DNA from: a virus
Length of the DNA stretch: 64,000 nucleotides
Direction: 5' to 3' (one strand)
Virus record (IMG/VR): IMGVR_UViG_3300045988_155520
Location: 192,001-256,000 of that record
Of the stretch, positions 1 through 8,675 are shown one piece after another. The notes under the pieces were generated by a model, which was given only the letters and a program-made list of their open reading frames with translations, had not been told where the DNA came from and did not search any database. Each line of letters starts with the position of its first letter. The first letter of the stretch is position 1. A program made the translations under genes and the position numbers.

Positions 1-1
1 T

Positions 2-247
2 TAAAAACTCTATCGCTGGTTTTACTTGTGTTTCGATACGTGGGTCATTAGGGCTTTTAAGCCACCATACCCAAGCACCTCTTCTTCCAATTCCACTCAT
101 AAAAGAAGCACCAAACTCATTCTTCAATTTATCTTTATATTGAAAGGTATTCTCACTACTTGAAGAATCTATATAAGCCATTAGCTTTTTCTTACCTTTG
201 TTGGTGGTGTAATATCCAGTCCTGTAATCAAAAATCTCGTTAATCAT
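2..247 (-). CDS. hypothetical protein, N-terminal part (ORF runs off the left window edge)
   Basis: ATG at 247-245, then an uninterrupted reverse frame to position 2 (MINEIFDYRTGYYTTNKGKK...GAWVWWLKSPNDPRIETQ). Absent from the ORF track only because it is edge-truncated. Confidence 0.5.
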   Translation of the reverse strand, partial: MINEIFDYRTGYYTTNKGKKKLMAYIDSSSSENTFQYKDKLKNEFGASFMSGIGRRGAWVWWLKSPNDPRIETQVKPAIEFL

Positions 248-381
248 TCTTTTTAAGTAATTTTAATATAAATATTTTGCATTATTAATTATGTATATAA
301 TTAAAGTTATACATATATTTATACATATAAAAAGATAATGTAAATACGAGTGAAATAATATGAGAAAATTAATTAAAGTAT

Positions 382-1206
382 ATGGAAACAATAGCTGAAT
401 TATTAATAAAAATATCAACCATAAAAAATGAATTAAAAGAAACCATTAATTGTTTGGGTGGATTTGCTGATAATGATTTTACAAAATATAAGGAATATTT
501 AATTAAATTTTATATTGAGGGAGGAGGGGCTAATGGAAATTATATTGAAAAGTTAGAAATACCATCTTATGTAACTAATATTAGTAATTATAGGTTTAAG
601 TTGTCAAAATTTAAAGAAGTGGTAGTACCCAGTAGTGTTCAAGTTATTAATGATGGGGCGTTTTGTTATAACTCAAATCTTAAAAAAGTTACATTGAATG
701 AAGGTGTTATGAGTATTGGGAGTGAGGTATTTAGTCAATGTACGAATTTGGAGGAAATTAATCTCCCTGATAGTTTAAGTTATATGAACAATAAATGTTT
801 TGATAATTGTCAAAAATTGAAATCAATAACTTTACCAAGTAATTTACAAGGTCTTGGACAGAGTTGCTTTAATCAATGTAAATCATTAACAGAGGTTACT
901 TTTCCTAAGAAAATTAAAAATACAGGAAGTTACAGTTTTGGATGGTGTAGTGGATTAACTACAGTAACAATTCCAAAAACAGTAGGAAGTATTAGTAATA
1001 GTACATTTACAAACTGCACATCTCTAAAAAAAGTTATATTTGTTGAGGGGGAAAAAGAACAAAATCCATTCTTTCCACCATTTATGATGCGAGGTGGAAT
1101 AATTGAAGATAGCGCTTTTGAAAATTGTAAATCGTTAACTGAAATTACAATACCTGATGATTTTGAGAACTTGAGTAGAAGAGTTTTTTATAATGCAGTA
1201 ATTTAA
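382..1206 (+). CDS. BspA-type leucine-rich-repeat protein, 5' portion; frame breaks inside a repeat
   Basis: Repeats of the form (I/L)PxSVxxIxxxAFxxCxxLxxV: VPSSVQVINDGAFCYNSNLKKVTL, LPDSLSYMNNKCFDNCQKLKSITL, IPKTVGSISNSTFTNCTSLKKV. Confidence 0.8.
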   Translation: METIAELLIKISTIKNELKETINCLGGFADNDFTKYKEYLIKFYIEGGGANGNYIEKLEIPSYVTNISNYRFKLSKFKEVVVPSSVQVINDGAFCYNSNLKKVTLNEGVMSIGSEVFSQCTNLEEINLPDSLSYMNNKCFDNCQKLKSITLPSNLQGLGQSCFNQCKSLTEVTFPKKIKNTGSYSFGWCSGLTTVTIPKTVGSISNSTFTNCTSLKKVIFVEGEKEQNPFFPPFMMRGGIIEDSAFENCKSLTEITIPDDFENLSRRVFYNAVI

Positions 1207-1211
1207 CAGGT

Positions 1212-1616
1212 GTGACACTTTCAAATAAAGTGATAAATATTGGTGATGAGGCATTTGGGAATTGTTTAAAACTAACGGAAGTAACGATTCCTGATAGTGT
1301 AAAATATATTGGTAAATTTTGTTTTTTTGGTTGCACTTCATTAACGGCACTTACAATACCGAGTGGTGTAATCGAAATAAATACAAGGATGTTTGGAAAC
1401 TGCACATCGTTAACAACACTTAATTTGTCTAAAAATATTAAGTCTATACATGATGGTATATTCTTTGGTTGTACACAGCCAATAAGAATTAATTATAATG
1501 GTACACGTAACGAATGGATAAGTATAAAAAGAGAAGAAACAGATATACCAAGTGGTAGTAAATTAGTATGTACTGATGGTGAATATACGCTTGACAGAAC
1601 ATTAACACCGTCATAA
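1212..1616 (+). CDS. BspA-type LRR protein, 3' portion of the same gene (frame open from 1194; no ATG, GTG at 1212)
   Basis: CSNLTGVTLSNKVINIGDEAFGNCLKLTEVTIPDSVKYIGKFCFFGCTSLTALTIPSGV continues the repeat that is cut off at 1194 in the other frame. Confidence 0.7.
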   Translation: MTLSNKVINIGDEAFGNCLKLTEVTIPDSVKYIGKFCFFGCTSLTALTIPSGVIEINTRMFGNCTSLTTLNLSKNIKSIHDGIFFGCTQPIRINYNGTRNEWISIKREETDIPSGSKLVCTDGEYTLDRTLTPS

Positions 1617-1746
1617 ATAAATGCAATTTATATAATGTGTGGAGAATTTTGTGGTTATCCAATTTTTAATTGATATTTATTAATAGCGAGCTATCCATTA
1701 GCTAAAGACTCATAGGTAGATTGCAGCATAGTAACGAATATTAAAT

Positions 1747-2013
1747 ATGGTTAATATAAAGAAGATAATAAATGAAGAGTTAAACAACATTGCTCAAGAA
1801 AAAGATGGTGGGCAAGTATATAATGGTATCATTAAAAGCCTTGACCATGTTGATATGGTTTTTGATTCAATTGAAGACGGTCTGAATATAGTCAGACAAG
1901 AAAATGGTTACACAAAACGAAAATTTTATAGACTTGCAAAAGATGCTCAACGCATACGAAAATCTATACAAAACCTAAGAGATATTATGAAAAAAACATA
2001 TTATAATATATAA
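1747..2013 (+). CDS. hypothetical protein
   Basis: 88-aa ATG ORF ending 3 nt before the next gene. N-terminus MVNIKKIINEELNNI resembles the N-termini of the 2815-3174 and 4408-4740 products. Confidence 0.65.
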   Translation: MVNIKKIINEELNNIAQEKDGGQVYNGIIKSLDHVDMVFDSIEDGLNIVRQENGYTKRKFYRLAKDAQRIRKSIQNLRDIMKKTYYNI

Positions 2014-2016
2014 ATT

Positions 2017-2727
2017 ATGAAAAACGTTAAATTATTTACAACAAAACAACTAAGAAGTGATTATGAAGACTCAAGTAACTACACAGAACCATACGTAAGT
2101 CTGGAAGAAGAGGGTAATGAAGTAAAATATAATAATATATCAATTATTAGAATTACAGTAAAAGATGGAGGAAATGCTACATTACAAGGAGGTATTACTC
2201 TTAAACCTGGAGAACATGTTATAAATATGAAACAGAATTATTCGTTACCACTTGGAATTACTAATGGAAAGGAGTACATTGAAGAAGTAGATTTATTTGA
2301 TTATAATGAGACATCTGTAGGACGTTCACTTTTTGAAGGTTTTACTAACTTAAGAAAAGTTTACCTATCTAATAAAATAACTGCTATAGAAGATTGGGCT
2401 TTCAACCGTTGTACTAACTTGGAAGAAGTTATAAATACTGAAAATATTTCCAGCATAGGACTTAACAGCTTCTCTGATTGTAGTAGTTTAGAAAAAATCA
2501 CATTCTCAGATAAAATTAACACTATTTCTCCTTATTCTTTTAAGAATAGTACCAGTTTAAAAAATATAATATTCAATTCGGATACTCCAAAAGATACATT
2601 TCTAAATATATTACAACAAATACCTACTATTCAAAGTATCTATGTTCCACAAGATGCGGTACGAACATATAAGACAGCTTCTGGATGGTCAAGTTATACT
2701 TCTATGATTAAACCAATAGAGCAATAG
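2017..2727 (+). CDS. BspA-type leucine-rich-repeat protein
   Basis: N-terminus ...YTEPYVSLEEEGNEVKYNN, then LRR units (KITAIEDWAFNRCTNLEEV, NISSIGLNSFSDCSSLEKITF, INTISPYSFKNSTSLKNIIF). Confidence 0.8.
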   Translation: MKNVKLFTTKQLRSDYEDSSNYTEPYVSLEEEGNEVKYNNISIIRITVKDGGNATLQGGITLKPGEHVINMKQNYSLPLGITNGKEYIEEVDLFDYNETSVGRSLFEGFTNLRKVYLSNKITAIEDWAFNRCTNLEEVINTENISSIGLNSFSDCSSLEKITFSDKINTISPYSFKNSTSLKNIIFNSDTPKDTFLNILQQIPTIQSIYVPQDAVRTYKTASGWSSYTSMIKPIEQ

Positions 2728-2748
2728 ATTGTAATTATACAATTTATA

Positions 2749-2786
2749 AATCGGTATTACTGCAGATTTTAGCAATAATACCGATT
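2749..2786. terminator. bidirectional hairpin between convergent genes
   Basis: AATCGGTATTA (2749-2759) pairs with TAATACCGATT (2776-2786). T-run follows on +, A-run precedes. Confidence 0.7.
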
Positions 2787-2814
2787 ATTATTTTATTAAT
2801 GAATAAATACAAAA

Positions 2815-3174
2815 TTAAACAGCTACAGCAGCCATTTCCACACCTCCAGCAGCGCCTTCAATACCACCAGCAAGACCTTCAGCACCTCCTGCCATTCCTT
2901 CCATTCCACCAGCAGAACCTTCTGAACTTCCACCTAAAGCATTTCCAGATAAGTTAGTGGAAGGAAGGTTGGAATTATTTGAAATATTTCCACCATTATT
3001 ATTCATTTTACCATCAACAGCATCTGAACCATTAGAATATCCATCTTTGAAATCTTTTATAGGATTCCATGACTTTATTTCATCTGGAACAAGTGAAGAT
3101 ACGCTACCATTTTCTTCAGTGTCTTCTTTTAAAAATCTTTTTATCTCTTCATTAACGATTTTTCTAATATTCAT
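2815..3174 (-). CDS. hypothetical protein with Gly/Ala-rich C-terminus
   Basis: 119-aa ORF. N-terminus MNIRKIVNEEIKRFLKE; C-terminus GGMEGMAGGAEGLAGGIEGAAGGVE. Last gene of a 4-gene reverse operon. Confidence 0.65.
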   Translation of the reverse strand: MNIRKIVNEEIKRFLKEDTEENGSVSSLVPDEIKSWNPIKDFKDGYSNGSDAVDGKMNNNGGNISNNSNLPSTNLSGNALGGSSEGSAGGMEGMAGGAEGLAGGIEGAAGGVEMAAVAV

Positions 3175-3177
3175 AAA

Positions 3178-3456
3178 CTATTTTTTTTCTTTATAAATAG
3201 TTTCATTTTCAAGATGGTCTATAAATTTATTAAGTTCACTTCTTAATAACTTCATTTTTTCTAAAAAATCGTATACGCTATCATCCTTACTCTTATGTAA
3301 TCTAATAGAGCCGTGGCAATCATTAACTTCGAGAAACAAATTGCGATACATATTATCTTGTGATTCAAATTCTCCATCATAACATACAACAGAACCTGTA
3401 GATGGAGAATCTTCTCTATTTAGCCACTTTCGAGTGGAATAAAATGTTTTAAACAT
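3178..3456 (-). CDS. hypothetical protein
   Basis: 92-aa ORF tightly packed between neighbours (3-nt gap, 8-nt overlap). Confidence 0.65.
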   Translation of the reverse strand: MFKTFYSTRKWLNREDSPSTGSVVCYDGEFESQDNMYRNLFLEVNDCHGSIRLHKSKDDSVYDFLEKMKLLRSELNKFIDHLENETIYKEKK

Positions 3457-3748
3457 ATTTTTCTAATTCTTTAACAAATTCAGCAGCATTTGGGCCGACA
3501 TGTTCCCATTCCTTCAAATCTTCCCAATTTCTTTTCAATTCTTCTTCGGAAGCATTATTTAAAAACTCATTCAGTTCTTTAAGTAATGAAGAGATAGACT
3601 CTTTATATTGTTCATGAATTTCATTCTCATCTGTAATAACATATGGACCTATTTCATTCAAATAGTCAAATTCTTCCATATCTTTATCTAAAATATCTTT
3701 TGGTGTATTATTGAAATATTCTTCAAGTTGTTCCACTAATTTTCCCAT
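3449..3748 (-). CDS. hypothetical acidic protein
   Basis: 99-aa ORF overlapping both neighbours, consistent with operon packing. Confidence 0.65.
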   Translation of the reverse strand: MGKLVEQLEEYFNNTPKDILDKDMEEFDYLNEIGPYVITDENEIHEQYKESISSLLKELNEFLNNASEEELKRNWEDLKEWEHVGPNAAEFVKELEKYV

Positions 3749-3974
3749 AATTATTAATATAATTCTTTAATTTCTTAATTTCATCTTTATTCCAATAATC
3801 GAAAACTAAAGATATAGCATATTCACCATTCTCTTCTTGTTTTATTCTCGGAGTTGACATACTTGAGTCTTTTAACAGAAAGTTCCCTAATAAAATTTTT
3901 TTTCCTATATTTTCTCTCTCTTTCTTAGCCTGCTCACACCAGTCATTATACATTTTTTCTACGTTCATTTCCAT
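3723..3974 (-). CDS. hypothetical protein
   Basis: 83-aa ORF, first gene downstream of the promoter at 3992-4024. Confidence 0.6.
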   Translation of the reverse strand: MEMNVEKMYNDWCEQAKKERENIGKKILLGNFLLKDSSMSTPRIKQEENGEYAISLVFDYWNKDEIKKLKNYINNYGKISGTT

Positions 3975-3991
3975 ATCTTATATTTTTTCAG

Positions 3992-4024
3992 CAAAAGTAC
4001 ACATAAAAAATTATATTACCAAAT
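3992..4024 (-). promoter_or_regulatory. Bacteroidota-type promoter for operon 3974-2815
   Basis: rc -7 CAAAAGTA (TActTTTG) at 3992-3999 and rc -33 ACCAAA at 4018-4023. Confidence 0.6.
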
Positions 4025-4050
4025 ATTTTAAATAAATTTATATATTATTA

Positions 4051-4084
4051 TTTGGTATTATGAAAAATAAACTATATCTTTGCA
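4051..4084 (+). promoter_or_regulatory. Bacteroidota-type promoter (divergent from 3992-4024)
   Basis: TTTGG at 4051-4055 and TAtcTTTG at 4075-4082. Confidence 0.6.
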
Positions 4085-4151
4085 ATAATAAAAATTCTGC
4101 TTCATTTTAATATACTATTAAAACGATGCAAAAATATTAAAATATATTCAC

Positions 4152-4310
4152 ATGACAGCAAAAGAAGAATTAATAGAAAAAATACTTGCATACGATAAAG
4201 CATTTAACGAGAAAACTAAGAACTATAAACAATTTGTTATATGCACAAATGCTGAAATAGCAAAACTGTTTAGAGAAAAATTAGAAGAAAATAATAATTC
4301 ACTAAAATAA
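4152..4310 (+). CDS. small hypothetical protein (52 aa)
   Basis: ATG 4152 to TAA 4308-4310 (MTAKEELIEKILAYDKAFNEKTKNYKQF...), ~70 nt downstream of the promoter. Below the ORF-track size cutoff. Confidence 0.45.
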   Translation: MTAKEELIEKILAYDKAFNEKTKNYKQFVICTNAEIAKLFREKLEENNNSLK

Positions 4311-4365
4311 CAAATGCTGATTAACATTATATTTATATTATATAAAAAAAATATTAATATAATGT

Positions 4366-4374
4366 CAAAAAAAA
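4366..4374 (+). repeat. A9 homopolymer separating ATG 4361 from the 4408 reading frame
   Basis: atgtcAAAAAAAAAttatt. As written, the frame gives MSKKNY-stop. Confidence 0.9.
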
Positions 4375-4407
4375 ATTATTAGATTAACCGAATCAGATAT
4401 ACATCGC

Positions 4408-4740
4408 ATGGTAGAGAATGCCACATATAGAATTATAAAAGAAATGTCCGAAAGCGGTGTGGATAAGGAAGGAAATAATTACTTCGCAGTTAATAAAAGA
4501 ACTGGTTTAATAGTTTATGGTTGGGATTACAGAGATTACGAACCATCTGAATTGAAAAGTTTTAAAAATGATTATTTCTTTCAAGATTTAAAAGACAACG
4601 ATTTGAATCCAAAAGATTACAAAATTGTAACTGGTAAATATCTACAAAGAAATGGCGTAGACATTAACGACCAAATGAATTGTTGGTCAAATAATGGAGA
4701 ATTGTCATGCGCAGAAGAACGTCAGCAAAATACGATTTAA
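4408..4740 (+). CDS. hypothetical protein; true N-terminus probably upstream, beyond an A9 tract
   Basis: 110-aa ORF. The same frame is open upstream (KKIIRLTESDIHRMVENAT) and reaches ATG 4361 only if the A-run 4366-4374 is one base shorter. Confidence 0.65.
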   Translation: MVENATYRIIKEMSESGVDKEGNNYFAVNKRTGLIVYGWDYRDYEPSELKSFKNDYFFQDLKDNDLNPKDYKIVTGKYLQRNGVDINDQMNCWSNNGELSCAEERQQNTI

Positions 4741-4760
4741 ACGCAATTTATTCATATGAA

Positions 4761-4799
4761 AAGTCACACTTCCTACTATAAAAATAGGTTGTGTGACTT
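4761..4799. terminator. bidirectional hairpin between convergent genes
   Basis: AAGTCACAC (4761-4769) pairs with GTGTGACTT (4791-4799), followed by TCTTTTTT. Confidence 0.75.
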
Positions 4800-4806
4800 C
4801 TTTTTT

Positions 4807-5586
4807 CTATTCTTCTTTATTCATATCACAATACTCGTCATAAGTAAACAAACTTAAATCATCCATTAATATACAAGCTGTAAAACAATCTATACAAGCA
4901 AAATCTTTATACATAACTGGAACTTCACCGACATTCGTGTGACCGAAGATTTGCATCTTGCAATCCCCAATTCTCTTGTCATCATAGAACTCTCTTAAGT
5001 CACACCATAAACAAGAACCAGTTTTATCATATCCACCACGCATTTCACCAATCTGACCAAGCAATCTTACAAATTTATCTCTTTTGTTTGCCTTATCAGA
5101 TACCTTGGTAGTGAATAAAACATCCCATTCGTCTTTGTCATACTTATTCTTAAGTTCTTTATACCAAGAATGACTAATTCCAGCATGAGAGAAGTACACA
5201 ATTTCTCCACCAATTTCTTCTCTACAAGCAAAACGCATATCAAGAGGTTTCATTACATCATTGAAAATTCCTTTAATTGTATTTTCAAATTTATCACTGT
5301 AACGTGTACTTACTGCAATATCATAAAAATAATCACTAATATAATGAAAATCATGATTACCTACAAGGAATCTATATAGATTAGGACTTAAATTCTTTGT
5401 AACGGTATCATATAAATCTAAGAAGTTTTTAATAGCATCCGTTTCAGTTATTCCCTCAGATGGATAAGGGTCAAAATAATCACCAATAAAGATAATTCTC
5501 TCTACATCCAACTTTCCATCAATCACATCTTGTATCGGCTTCTTCCAAAAATCCCGACCGTGTATATCTCCAATTAATAAAATCAT
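4807..5586 (-). CDS. calcineurin-like metallophosphoesterase (lambda-phosphatase-type fold)
   Basis: Ordered motifs LIGDIHGR, FIGDYFD, VGNHDF, FSHAG, IFGHT. Confidence 0.85.
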   Translation of the reverse strand: MILLIGDIHGRDFWKKPIQDVIDGKLDVERIIFIGDYFDPYPSEGITETDAIKNFLDLYDTVTKNLSPNLYRFLVGNHDFHYISDYFYDIAVSTRYSDKFENTIKGIFNDVMKPLDMRFACREEIGGEIVYFSHAGISHSWYKELKNKYDKDEWDVLFTTKVSDKANKRDKFVRLLGQIGEMRGGYDKTGSCLWCDLREFYDDKRIGDCKMQIFGHTNVGEVPVMYKDFACIDCFTACILMDDLSLFTYDEYCDMNKEE

Positions 5587-5680
5587 ATCATTTATTTTTT
5601 AAATTACTTTGCAAAGATACAATTTTTAATTTGAATAATAAGAAAAAGTTCGTTAAAAATATATAAATAACTGATTTATA

Positions 5681-5714
5681 TTTGCCTATATAAAGTATTA
5701 TGACTATCTTTGTA
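5681..5714 (+). promoter_or_regulatory. Bacteroidota-type promoter for 5754-8595 operon
   Basis: TTTGCC at 5681-5686 and TAtcTTTG at 5705-5712. Confidence 0.6.
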
Positions 5715-5753
5715 TCATATTAAAAAAATAGTAGTACATTAAAAATAAAATTT

Positions 5754-6527
5754 ATGGTATTTCAAATTGATAACAAGGATTTTGATTCTTCAATTTTTAC
5801 AAGATTCTCTAGTAATTCTAAATTTGTAAGATTATGTAATGAACTATACAATAGAATTGAGTGGGACTTAATGTTTACAAATGACAATGATGATAAAGAA
5901 TTTACATTTGAATACAAGCAAAACATTGTTGAATTTATTGATACAATAACACTTAGGGTTGTTATTATTCAAAACCGTATGTATAAACGTTTGCCTATTA
6001 TTCAATTTGATAATGATGAGGTAGTTAGTGGTACTAATCAGTTGAGTAATCCAACCGTCACTTTATTTTTGAATAGTATTGATAAAAAGGAATTTGTAGA
6101 GAATTTTGGTATGACAATAGATTTTCTAAATATTCTATGGAATACGATATACAAAAAGTACCACAATATTCAATGGGGTGAAATTCAATCTTTTGACCCA
6201 TTATCATGTGATATGACAATTCTTATTGAAATTTATAAATTATTTCCTCATTGGTCCCATGCAGGTATTACAATGCTTCATTTCACTGACCATGAAATGC
6301 TATTTCAAAAGATAATGAAAACTCAAGATGAAGTCTATTTCTTACAAAGATGGTTTTATACTATTGATGTTATTAATAAGGACGATAATGATTTTAAAAA
6401 TCATTTCACAAAAGCATTCAATGTAGATATTTCTGAATTTGAAAAATTAAGACAAAGGTTAATATTCATGTATTTGCTTTACTTGAGATATTACTCATTT
6501 ATTTCTAAAATGTTTTATAAAAAATAA
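5754..6527 (+). CDS. hypothetical protein, paralog of 6558-7352
   Basis: FTRFSSNSKFVRLCNELYNR and WFYTIDVINKDDNDFKNHFTKAF match FTSFSHDSKIVELCNELYEE and WLYTIDVTKKDDKEFEKLFTETF in the next gene. Confidence 0.75.
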   Translation: MVFQIDNKDFDSSIFTRFSSNSKFVRLCNELYNRIEWDLMFTNDNDDKEFTFEYKQNIVEFIDTITLRVVIIQNRMYKRLPIIQFDNDEVVSGTNQLSNPTVTLFLNSIDKKEFVENFGMTIDFLNILWNTIYKKYHNIQWGEIQSFDPLSCDMTILIEIYKLFPHWSHAGITMLHFTDHEMLFQKIMKTQDEVYFLQRWFYTIDVINKDDNDFKNHFTKAFNVDISEFEKLRQRLIFMYLLYLRYYSFISKMFYKK

Positions 6528-6557
6528 ATTGCATGTCAAACTAAAATAAAAACGAAT

Positions 6558-7352
6558 ATGAACGTACAAAGTTATAATAATAATTTTAATCTTTCAGAAT
6601 TTACAAGTTTCTCTCATGATTCTAAGATTGTGGAATTATGTAATGAATTATATGAAGAGGCAAAAAAGAATGTATATAAATGTAGTGAACATCTATCAGT
6701 AACATCGGTAAATAAATATACACCTATTGTAGATATTGAAATTTGTAATAGTTTATCAATGAGTATATCTATTTCACCAGATAACAATGTTAATATACCA
6801 TATTATATATTTAGTGATATGTTTCAGATGGTTAGTGATACTAACCAGTTCAATAATCTTACTATAGTTTTATATCTTACTAATTTTGAGAAAGAAAATT
6901 TTATAGAGTGTGCTGGACAAAGTATAGACCAAATTCTAAGAATTTATAATACAATCAATAAGAAAATAGATTATGATAAGTGGAATGATATAACTTCCAT
7001 TGATTCAACGAAAGAAAATATAACATATCTTTCAAGACAAATACTTAGCTTTTTGGAAGAAAATGCACGTATCGTTTATTGTATTAATAATCGTCCTGAA
7101 ACTTTAAACTCACAAGAACTGGACAAGATAAAAGAATATATAGATTTATTTAAGTGTTGGTTGTATACAATAGATGTCACGAAAAAAGATGATAAAGAAT
7201 TTGAAAAGTTATTTACTGAAACATTTTTTTCCTCTTATAATAGTAAACTCTCTGATTTTAATAACTTAAGAAATACTTTAATATTTGCATTATTCGAAAG
7301 TTTAAAACTTTACTCTATACTTCTAAAATATTTTAACAATGGAACAATATAA
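6558..7352 (+). CDS. hypothetical protein, paralog of 5754-6527
   Basis: Same length class and shared motifs. Its 3' end overlaps the methyltransferase start by 14 nt. Confidence 0.75.
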   Translation: MNVQSYNNNFNLSEFTSFSHDSKIVELCNELYEEAKKNVYKCSEHLSVTSVNKYTPIVDIEICNSLSMSISISPDNNVNIPYYIFSDMFQMVSDTNQFNNLTIVLYLTNFEKENFIECAGQSIDQILRIYNTINKKIDYDKWNDITSIDSTKENITYLSRQILSFLEENARIVYCINNRPETLNSQELDKIKEYIDLFKCWLYTIDVTKKDDKEFEKLFTETFFSSYNSKLSDFNNLRNTLIFALFESLKLYSILLKYFNNGTI

Positions 7353-8595
7353 GAGAACATATAATACAGAATGGGACTTTAACAATGTCAACACAAAAGA
7401 ATACACTCATTGCTATCACAAATATCCAGCAATGATGATTCCACAGGTGGCAAGAAAACTTATTGAAGAATATAGACCAGATGGTCAAATTAAAACCATT
7501 CTTGACCCATATATGGGAAGTGGTACAACTCTCGTAGAATCACTTCTTGCTAACATTAATGCTATCGGTACAGATATTAATCCGCTTGCAAGATTTATTA
7601 GTGAAATTAAGACAACCACATACGATATTAATGCGATTATTAACGATTATAAATTAATAGATAAAGAAATATTATCTTACGATATTAATAAAGCTGTAAA
7701 ACAAGATTATTCTCGTTTGATAAACTATCTGTACTGGTATAAAGAAGATGTCTTATTAAAACTTTCATACATAGAACAAACTATAAAAGTATGTGCATCA
7801 AGACCTAAATTCTTTTTGCTAATTTTAGCCGAACTTGTCAGAGAAGTATCTTACACAAGAAAAAGTGAATTTAAACGTTATAAAATGACTGATAAACAAA
7901 TCGCTAATTTTAATCCAGATGTGTTTGGTTTATTCTATAAAATAGTCGCACGGAATATTAAGGGGCTGAAAGAATTTAATGGAAAAATCTCACATGATAG
8001 ATGTATGAGTTCTGCACAGATATGTAACTTCAATAGTGTATACGAAATACCAAATGATATTATAGAAGATGAAACTATTGATATGGTTGTAACTTCACCG
8101 CCTTATGGGGATAGTAAAACAACTGTAGCTTATGGACAATTTTCAAGTTGGGCAAACCAATGGTTTAATTTCAATGACACAAAAAATATTGATAGACTAT
8201 TGATGGGAGGGGTAAAACAAACGGAAGAAACATTTACCACAACATCAATTAGAGAAGAATTAGACCAAATAAAAAATATAGACTATAATAGATATAAAGA
8301 TGTAATAGCATTCCTTAATGACTATAGTAACTCTATTAGAAATGTTGCAAAGAAAGTTAGAACAAAAGGAAAAATATGTTATGTGGTTGGATGTAGAACC
8401 GTGAAAGGTATACAGATTCCTCTTGACTATTTTACAGCCGAGATGTTTGAACAGAATAATTGCAAACATATAGAAACTATAGTTAGGAATATTCCAAGTA
8501 AAAGAATGCCATCTAAAAATAGTCCAACAAATAAAGTCGGAGAAACAGTAACAACAATGAATCACGAATATATCGTGATAATGGAAAAGATGTAA
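7339..8595 (+). CDS. DNA amino-methyltransferase (N6-adenine or N4-cytosine), SPPY type
   Basis: AdoMet motif ILDPYMGSGTTLVES preceded by HKYPAMMIPQVARKLI. Catalytic motif VVTSPPYGDSK lies ~190 aa later (order I then IV). Confidence 0.8.
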   Translation: MEQYKRTYNTEWDFNNVNTKEYTHCYHKYPAMMIPQVARKLIEEYRPDGQIKTILDPYMGSGTTLVESLLANINAIGTDINPLARFISEIKTTTYDINAIINDYKLIDKEILSYDINKAVKQDYSRLINYLYWYKEDVLLKLSYIEQTIKVCASRPKFFLLILAELVREVSYTRKSEFKRYKMTDKQIANFNPDVFGLFYKIVARNIKGLKEFNGKISHDRCMSSAQICNFNSVYEIPNDIIEDETIDMVVTSPPYGDSKTTVAYGQFSSWANQWFNFNDTKNIDRLLMGGVKQTEETFTTTSIREELDQIKNIDYNRYKDVIAFLNDYSNSIRNVAKKVRTKGKICYVVGCRTVKGIQIPLDYFTAEMFEQNNCKHIETIVRNIPSKRMPSKNSPTNKVGETVTTMNHEYIVIMEKM

Positions 8596-8675
8596 AACAA
8601 ATTGTTCAAAATAAATAATATGTTCAATAATAATGAACAAGTTAAAAATGTTGAACACAAATAAATTATAAAATA

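Noticed and set aside
4807-5586. Metallophosphoesterase as a dedicated anti-CBASS or cyclic-nucleotide-degrading counter-defence enzyme
   Set aside because: Only the generic calcineurin-fold metal-binding motifs are visible. Nothing in the sequence distinguishes a signalling-nucleotide phosphodiesterase from a protein phosphatase or a nuclease-type member of the fold.
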